NCBI GenBank assembly: GCA_040752695.1 | Contig: JBFMGO010000105.1 | Coordinates: 1 to 21,131 of the forward strand | DNA length: 21,131 nucleotides | Direction of reading: 5' to 3' | From: a bacterium | GTDB lineage: Bacteria; SZUA-182; DTGQ01 | Part shown: positions 15,862 through 21,131 of the stretch, one piece after another | How the letters are laid out: the number at the start of each line of letters is the position of its first letter | Position numbering within the stretch: the stretch's first letter is position 1 | Position numbers and translations under genes: made by a program | Notes under the pieces: model-generated | Databases searched by the model: none | Told to the model about the DNA's origin: nothing | What the model saw: only the letters and a program-made list of their open reading frames with translations

Positions 15862-16167
15862 TCAGTCCAGGAGCAGATGCGAAGCCGGTTCTCCGCTCTC
15901 CAGCGCGTCCAGGATTTCATCTACCTTTTCCTCTGTCAAGTCCGCATACCAGTACCCTTGAGGATAGATAACCATGACCGGCCCATGATCGCAGAGCTTA
16001 AAGCAGCCGGTGTTGGTAATCATGATGTTTTCCATTCCCCGGCTCTGGATCTCCTCATCGAGGTACTGAATAAGTGAAGAACCGCCTTTCTTCTGGCATA
16101 CTCCCTTGGGTTCTCCTGCCATACGAGAGCTGCTGCAAATGAAAATATGGTACGTCGGCTTTTTCAT
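15862..16167 (-). CDS. thioredoxin-like [2Fe-2S] ferredoxin (nif-associated)
   Basis: HIFICSSSR...KGVC...TGCFKLCDHGPVMVIYPQGYWY, four Cys ligands; AAGGAG RBS. Confidence 0.92.
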   Translation of the reverse strand: MKKPTYHIFICSSSRMAGEPKGVCQKKGGSSLIQYLDEEIQSRGMENIMITNTGCFKLCDHGPVMVIYPQGYWYADLTEEKVDEILDALESGEPASHLLLD

Positions 16168-16193
16168 GGCTACTTTCTCCTTCTCCTTAATCT

Positions 16194-16511
16194 TTACCTT
16201 GGTATAGAAGCAATGGCACCTGCATAGATTACCGGTTCAATGCCTGATTCTTTTAACTTGGCAGCCGGGACCTGACCTATTTTATTGACATAGACTTTCG
16301 TGCAGTCCTTGAGCAAGGCAAGTATGCGGCCGAACTTTTGCTCATCGAAAGAATGATGGGGATCACCCACGGAAAGCGGCTCCGACTGCCGGTCCTCCAC
16401 GAATGTCATGGTGTCGCCGAAGTCATAGATTAAAAACCGCCCTGCCTGACCAAAGTGCTCATCTACATTCTTGCCATCTTTTGAGACTACAGCAATTCTC
16501 ATTTTCTTCAT
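16194..16511 (-). CDS. NifB/NifX family FeMo-cofactor precursor-binding protein
   Basis: MRIAVVSKDGKNVDEHFGQAGRFLIYD...LLKDC...KIGQVPAAKLKESGI. Start moved from 16622 to ATG 16511, which has a GAGGAG RBS and removes the overlap with nifB. Confidence 0.88.
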   Translation of the reverse strand: MKKMRIAVVSKDGKNVDEHFGQAGRFLIYDFGDTMTFVEDRQSEPLSVGDPHHSFDEQKFGRILALLKDCTKVYVNKIGQVPAAKLKESGIEPVIYAGAIASIPR

Positions 16512-16573
16512 ACTTGATATCTCTCCTCTCTCAAGCTTTTCTCTTTTATCCGGAGTTAGTCTTCTCCAAGTCT

Positions 16574-17836
16574 TCAGCAGCAGCCTGCGCCGCTTTTGCT
16601 GCATCCTGCTGCCTTGGTACAACTGATGCGGCGGCTTTTGAGCCCTCGTATATCGCCGTTGTGGAATATAGCATCAAGCCCCTGGTCGATAAACCCGTAC
16701 ATCTCTATCGGGCGAATTCCGCTCTGCTCGAGGATAGTTTTCGGAGATTCACCTATGCCGCTCGCCAGAAGAGCCCGGCAATCCTTCAGGATATGAGCAA
16801 GGGCCAGCCATCGGGCTTGGCCGGACCCTGGGCTGGGAGTCGGTCTTTTCTCCATGAGGGAAAAGCCATCATCGGTCTGGCCAAAGATCAAAAGATGGTC
16901 CGCCTCGCCAAGATGGAGATTGACCAGCATGCCTTCCTGAGAGGCTACAGCTACAAAGGGCCGGTCCTCTTGCGGATTGAGCGCAAGGGTACTGCATGCG
17001 GTCAGGCACTCCCGTAATTCCGCTGTCCTGTCTTCATCCAAAAGCCCTGCGGCATCCGCCCGGCAGCGGGTGCAGTGGTGCAACTGGGGAAGGTACTGTG
17101 CAGTCTGCTGCCGAAGTGCGGACATCATTTCCGGCGTTGGTTCCGAGATATATTCGAAGGGAGTGTCTGGACTGGGATACACCGGCATGCAATTAAAGAT
17201 ATCCACGCCAAGCCTGCCCATGAATCGTGCCACTTCAGTCACATGGTGATCGTTCTTTCCCGGAACGACGATGCAGTTGATCTTGACCATAAGCCCTCGC
17301 TCCTTCAGCCCGCGGATTGACTCAAGTTGGCGACCCAGAAGAAACTCGGCTGCGGTTCTCCCCCGATAGACAGTGTTGCCACTACGGACCCAGGCATACA
17401 TCTTCTCTCCTACGGCAGGATCTATGGCGTTTATGGTCACGGTTACATGGCTGACCTTTAATGCTGCCAGATTGTCGAGGTAAGGGGGCAATTCCAGCCC
17501 GTTCGTGGCCAGACAGAGAATCAATTCCGGAAACTTTTGCCTGATCAGGCTGAGCGTCTCAAGGGTTGCCCTGGCGTTGGCCAGGGGGTCTCCGGGACCT
17601 GCTATCCCTGCCACCGTTATCCTCGGCTCCCGCTCAAGAACCTGTTCCAGATACCGAAGTGCCTGCCCAGGAGACAGTACGGTGCTGGTAACACCCGGCC
17701 TGCTTTCATTTACGCATGCGTATTGACGGTTACAATAATTGCACTGAATATTGCATTTTGGCGCTATAGGAAGGTGCACCCGGCCAAACCGGCCCTTTGC
17801 TTCGATCCGATAGCAGGGATGTCGACTAAGATCCAT
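16574..17836 (-). CDS. nifB: nitrogenase cofactor biosynthesis radical SAM protein NifB with fused NifX-like domain
   Basis: HPC, RVHLPIAPKCNIQCNYCNR, NESRPG, AGPGDPLAN, HCTRCRADA; C-terminal VAVASQEGMLVNLHLGEA domain. Confidence 0.96.
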   Translation of the reverse strand: MDLSRHPCYRIEAKGRFGRVHLPIAPKCNIQCNYCNRQYACVNESRPGVTSTVLSPGQALRYLEQVLEREPRITVAGIAGPGDPLANARATLETLSLIRQKFPELILCLATNGLELPPYLDNLAALKVSHVTVTINAIDPAVGEKMYAWVRSGNTVYRGRTAAEFLLGRQLESIRGLKERGLMVKINCIVVPGKNDHHVTEVARFMGRLGVDIFNCMPVYPSPDTPFEYISEPTPEMMSALRQQTAQYLPQLHHCTRCRADAAGLLDEDRTAELRECLTACSTLALNPQEDRPFVAVASQEGMLVNLHLGEADHLLIFGQTDDGFSLMEKRPTPSPGSGQARWLALAHILKDCRALLASGIGESPKTILEQSGIRPIEMYGFIDQGLDAIFHNGDIRGLKSRRISCTKAAGCSKSGAGCC

Positions 17837-17864
17837 CTCTCGTTCTCCTTATTTATACCTCATA

Positions 17865-17961
17865 AGCTCATTGCCATAGCTCATTGCCATAAGTATCCTT
17901 CACATTTGGGTTACTTCACATTTGAGTTACCTTACATATGGTTTACTTTACATATAGGTAT
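17865..17961. repeat. tandem repeats (2 x 13 bp; 4 x 16 bp degenerate, last copy overlapping the nifN stop)
   Basis: agctcattgccat x2 (17865-17890); cttcacatttgggtta / cttcacatttgagtta / ccttacatatggttta / ctttacatataggtat (17898-17961). Confidence 0.8.
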
Positions 17962-19330
17962 AGCCCACGCTTGAATCGCTTTGTTTTTTTTCGATAACGG
18001 TATTGACGATCTGGTCCAGCAGTCTTTGGGCTCCCTGATATCCGAGGTGAAGGATTCGCTGTCCGCCGATACGGTCATGAATCGGGAACCCTACCCGGAT
18101 CAGGGGGATATTGAGCTTTCTGGCCAGAGGATAGCCTTTGCTGTGGCCAATGAGAATATCCGGCTCCAGGCTGATCGCCTCTTCCGCAATCTGGTAAAAA
18201 TCCACCCCCTCGCGCACCAAAGGAGGAACAGACAGATTTCCTGCACCGATGGCCCGGATGCTTTCCTCGAACCGCCCGCTGGTACCTCCTGAGGCGCACA
18301 GTACAGGGACTATGCCTGTCTCGGCCAGGAAGGAGGTCAGACCGACCACCAGATCCTCCTCTCCGTAAATGATGGCACGCTTGCCAAAAAGGTATTTGTG
18401 AGAATCGACATAGGCATCGATCAGTCTTCCCCTTTCCATCTGGTAACACGCGGGGGAAGAGCACCCTGACAGGTGTTCGAGGACCGAAAAAAAGCGATCG
18501 GTTTCATGTATTCCGATTGGAAGTCCTAACGAGTACCTTTCCACATCGAACCGTATCTTGAGATATTCTGCGGCAGTGATGGGAGCAAGTGAGTTCAGCG
18601 TCCGGCCAAATTCGATGCTGGCCTGTGCTCTGCCCATTTCCCGGATGTCCAAAATGGGGGTGCCGCCTTTCGGTATTTTACAATAATCCTCGAGAATCGG
18701 TGCGTCCAGGCTTTCTGAAATATCGGGCAAAAGGGTATATTCAAGTCCAAATTCCCTCATGATTTCCTTGAGATGACGCAGGTCTGCCGGCGAGACAAAA
18801 CCGGGCAGCAGATTGATTCTGCCACTTTTCTCACCCTCTTCAGCCAAAGCCTCCACAGCCACCCTGACCGTTCGATGGAACCCATCCATATGGGTCCCGG
18901 CATAACTTGGCGTTGATACGGAAATGATGAAAGGATGCTCTCTGCCTTTTGTCTCTTCCCCACCAGTCTCTTTCTGATATTCCTTCAGAATCATCGGCAC
19001 GTTATCTCCGATGGTCTCGGTCAGGCAGGTTGTAGCGATTCCGAGGAGCTTCGGCCGGTACTTGGTGATCACATTGCTTATTCCCTTTTTCAGATTTTCG
19101 GCTCCGCCATAAATCGCGTTTTTTTCCCCCAGGGATGAGGATGCAATGTCGATCGGCTCATTAAAATGACTGATAATGTAGCGTCTCATGTACGTACTGC
19201 ATCCTTGCGAGCCATGGAGGAGGGGCATGGCTCCCTCTATGCCCCTCAGGGCCAGACAGGCACCCATGGGCGTGCAGAGCTTGCATGCGTTGACTGTGGA
19301 AACATATTTTCTTGCCGTTTTTACTGGCAT
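17948..19330 (-). CDS. nifN: nitrogenase FeMo-cofactor scaffold subunit NifN
   Basis: NACKLCTPMGA, HGSQGCSTY, SHFNEPIDIASS, TTCLTETIGD, RVGFPIHDRIG; between nifE and nifB. Confidence 0.93.
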   Translation of the reverse strand: MPVKTARKYVSTVNACKLCTPMGACLALRGIEGAMPLLHGSQGCSTYMRRYIISHFNEPIDIASSSLGEKNAIYGGAENLKKGISNVITKYRPKLLGIATTCLTETIGDNVPMILKEYQKETGGEETKGREHPFIISVSTPSYAGTHMDGFHRTVRVAVEALAEEGEKSGRINLLPGFVSPADLRHLKEIMREFGLEYTLLPDISESLDAPILEDYCKIPKGGTPILDIREMGRAQASIEFGRTLNSLAPITAAEYLKIRFDVERYSLGLPIGIHETDRFFSVLEHLSGCSSPACYQMERGRLIDAYVDSHKYLFGKRAIIYGEEDLVVGLTSFLAETGIVPVLCASGGTSGRFEESIRAIGAGNLSVPPLVREGVDFYQIAEEAISLEPDILIGHSKGYPLARKLNIPLIRVGFPIHDRIGGQRILHLGYQGAQRLLDQIVNTVIEKKQSDSSVGYTYM

Positions 19331-19396
19331 CTTAGAGCTCCTCCTCTCCTCTTTTCATCCATGCTATAATTTCACCATTCTCTGGTTTCACCAGGC

Positions 19397-20746
19397 TTAT
19401 GATTTCACCCTCTTGCGGCCTGGTACAAACTGCCAGACCGGGCTCATCACCGAGCTGTATATCTCGCGGGTAAAGTTCAACATACCCACAAACCCCTCCA
19501 GTGCTTCTTTTCTCTCGTGATTATGGTCACAAAAGGGAATGCCTAGTTTATAGGCAATAGGTCTTTCCTTAACACCGCCCACAAACACATCCACCTCTTT
19601 TTCCTGAAGAAAAGATGCCAGTTCCAGGGGGTTTGAATCGTCTACGATGACCGTTCCGTCTGAGGTGATCTCCTTGAGTTCCAGATAATCTTCTCTTTTA
19701 CCTGTCTGGGAGCCGACCAGAACGACCTCCATGTCGAGCATCCGAAAGGCCTTAACCAGAGAGAAAGCCTTGAAAGCCCCGCCTACATAGATAGCGGCCT
19801 TTTTCCCTTGCAGCGCCTTGCGGTACTGCTGAAGCTGCGGATAGAGAATTGCCAGTTCGTCGTGGACCAGCTTTTTGGTTCGCTCCATAATGCCCGGGTC
19901 ACGGAAAAACCTGGCCACTGCATAGAGGGATTCGGTCATATCCTCTACGCCAAGGTATGAAACCCTCAGGTACGGGATTCCATATTCTTTCTCCATGTCC
20001 TGGGCCAGGTAGATAGTCGAGCCTGAGCACTGAACCACATTCAGTGCGGCCCCATGTGCCCGGCAAATGTCATCCACCCTGCCGTCGCCCGTTATATTGG
20101 CCACCACCTGTATTCCCATCTTCTCGAAGTATTCGCGGATGATCCAGATCTCGCCTGCCAGATTGAAATCGCCCATGATATTCAGGCTATAAGGACTTAT
20201 CCCGGCTGGATCACCTGTACCCACCAGCCGCCGAAGAGCTGCACAGGCGGCCATATACCCGTCGCGCTTTCCTCCCTTAAACCCTTCGGACTTTACCGGG
20301 ATGACGGGGATACCCGCATCTTGCGATATCCTTTTGCAGACAGCATCAAGATCATCGCCGATTATTCCAACTATACAGGTGGAGTAGACAAAGGCTGCCT
20401 TGGGGTGATAGCGGTCGATAAGCTCGGTCAGTGCTCCGGCCAGCTTTTCCTCACCTCCAAAAATGACATCTCTCTCTTGAAGGTCCGTGGAAAAGCTGAG
20501 CCTGTGGAGTTGGCCGCTCGAAGACAGAGCCCCCCGGATGTCCCAGGTATAGACCGCGCACCCGACCGGCCCGTGGACAAGATGCAGGGCATCGACAATA
20601 GGATAAAGAACCACCCTCGATCCGCAAAAAACGCAGGCCCTTTGGCTGACTGCACCTGCCAGACTCTCCCGGTCGCACTTCATCCGGAAAGGTTCTTCCC
20701 CCTTGTAATAAACCTGATCTCTTCGTTCAGCAAGAATCTGTTCCAT
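19397..20746 (-). CDS. nifE: nitrogenase FeMo-cofactor scaffold subunit NifE
   Basis: GAVSQRACVFCGSR, HGPVGC, STDLQERDVIFGGE, YSTCIVGIIGDD, DFNLAGE, NVVQCS; directly after nifK. Confidence 0.95.
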   Translation of the reverse strand: MEQILAERRDQVYYKGEEPFRMKCDRESLAGAVSQRACVFCGSRVVLYPIVDALHLVHGPVGCAVYTWDIRGALSSSGQLHRLSFSTDLQERDVIFGGEEKLAGALTELIDRYHPKAAFVYSTCIVGIIGDDLDAVCKRISQDAGIPVIPVKSEGFKGGKRDGYMAACAALRRLVGTGDPAGISPYSLNIMGDFNLAGEIWIIREYFEKMGIQVVANITGDGRVDDICRAHGAALNVVQCSGSTIYLAQDMEKEYGIPYLRVSYLGVEDMTESLYAVARFFRDPGIMERTKKLVHDELAILYPQLQQYRKALQGKKAAIYVGGAFKAFSLVKAFRMLDMEVVLVGSQTGKREDYLELKEITSDGTVIVDDSNPLELASFLQEKEVDVFVGGVKERPIAYKLGIPFCDHNHERKEALEGFVGMLNFTREIYSSVMSPVWQFVPGRKRVKS

Positions 20747-20802
20747 GGTTGTTTACCTTTTTGACTTATCCTTCAACTATCTGCAATTGATTACACAATT
20801 GA

Positions 20803-21131
20803 TTACAGCACCAGTTCAAAACGCTCTTCCGGATCGTCCCTGTCCCTGCGGTCAAGGAGAGCATCGAGCATCTTTTCTAAAAGCCGTATTCCGCCCCGGT
20901 ATCCTACGGTCGGAAAGTAGCTGTGCCCAACTCTGTCCAGGATCGGAAACCCGAAGCGTACGAAGGGGATATCCTCGGCCCTGGCAATATACTTACCGTA
21001 GGTATTTCCGATCAGAAGGTCAACAGGCTCGTTCTTGATCCACTGATGAAGAAGGAAAAGATCTCCGCCGCTTCTTACCTTCGCGTTGGGTACGACGTCT
21101 TTCAAAATCCCCTTGATCCTGGAATCAAAGC
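20803..21131 (-). CDS. nifK: nitrogenase MoFe protein beta chain, C-terminal part (5' end outside window)
   Basis: Frame is open to the window edge: FDSRIKGILKDVV...DLFLLHQWIKNEPVDLLIGNTYGKYIARAEDIPFVRFGFPILDRVGH...FELVL, a typical group II NifK C-terminus. Confidence 0.93.
   Translation of the reverse strand, partial: FDSRIKGILKDVVPNAKVRSGGDLFLLHQWIKNEPVDLLIGNTYGKYIARAEDIPFVRFGFPILDRVGHSYFPTVGYRGGIRLLEKMLDALLDRRDRDDPEERFELVL

Noticed and set aside
16512..16622. Longer N-terminus for the NifX-like gene
   Set aside because: Overlaps nifB; RBS and family length support ATG 16511.
11104..21038. Many 60-240 aa plus-strand ORFs (e.g. 12824-13540, 14672-15283, 16403-17017, 20054-20764)
   Set aside because: Antisense shadows of well-supported nif and mod genes, with no recognisable motifs.

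Overview
Bacterial window, probably from an anaerobic diazotroph (the nif genes look like the group II type of clostridia and Desulfobacterota), with four modules. (1) 1-2214, minus strand: the start of a type II fatty-acid/polyketide operon behind a good sigma-54 promoter. It holds a ketosynthase-fold gene that has lost its Cys-His-His triad (chain-length-factor-like) and carries an Arg-rich DRR-repeat N-terminal extension, then an ACP, then FabZ (cut by the window edge). (2) 2292-6688: a signalling island with a receiver-fused histidine kinase whose H-box is degenerate, and divergently a GAF histidine kinase with a C-terminal PilZ domain plus a receiver/HD-GYP phosphodiesterase. (3) 7323-11003: an exported beta-helix protein and a 936-aa exported multiheme cytochrome (14 CxxCH + 1 Cx4CH) made of two homologous halves, with a discoidin-like domain inserted in the first. 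(4) 11068-21131, minus strand: the 3' part of a Mo-nitrogenase cluster, nifK(partial)-nifE-nifN-nifB-NifX-like-2Fe2S ferredoxin-modABC-nifV. Many short degenerate tandem duplications occur throughout. Several straddle nif stop codons and others expand protein loops and termini. The best candidate for a new system is a c-di-GMP-controlled unusual lipid/polyene pathway. All calls are from motif reading by eye; no searches were run.
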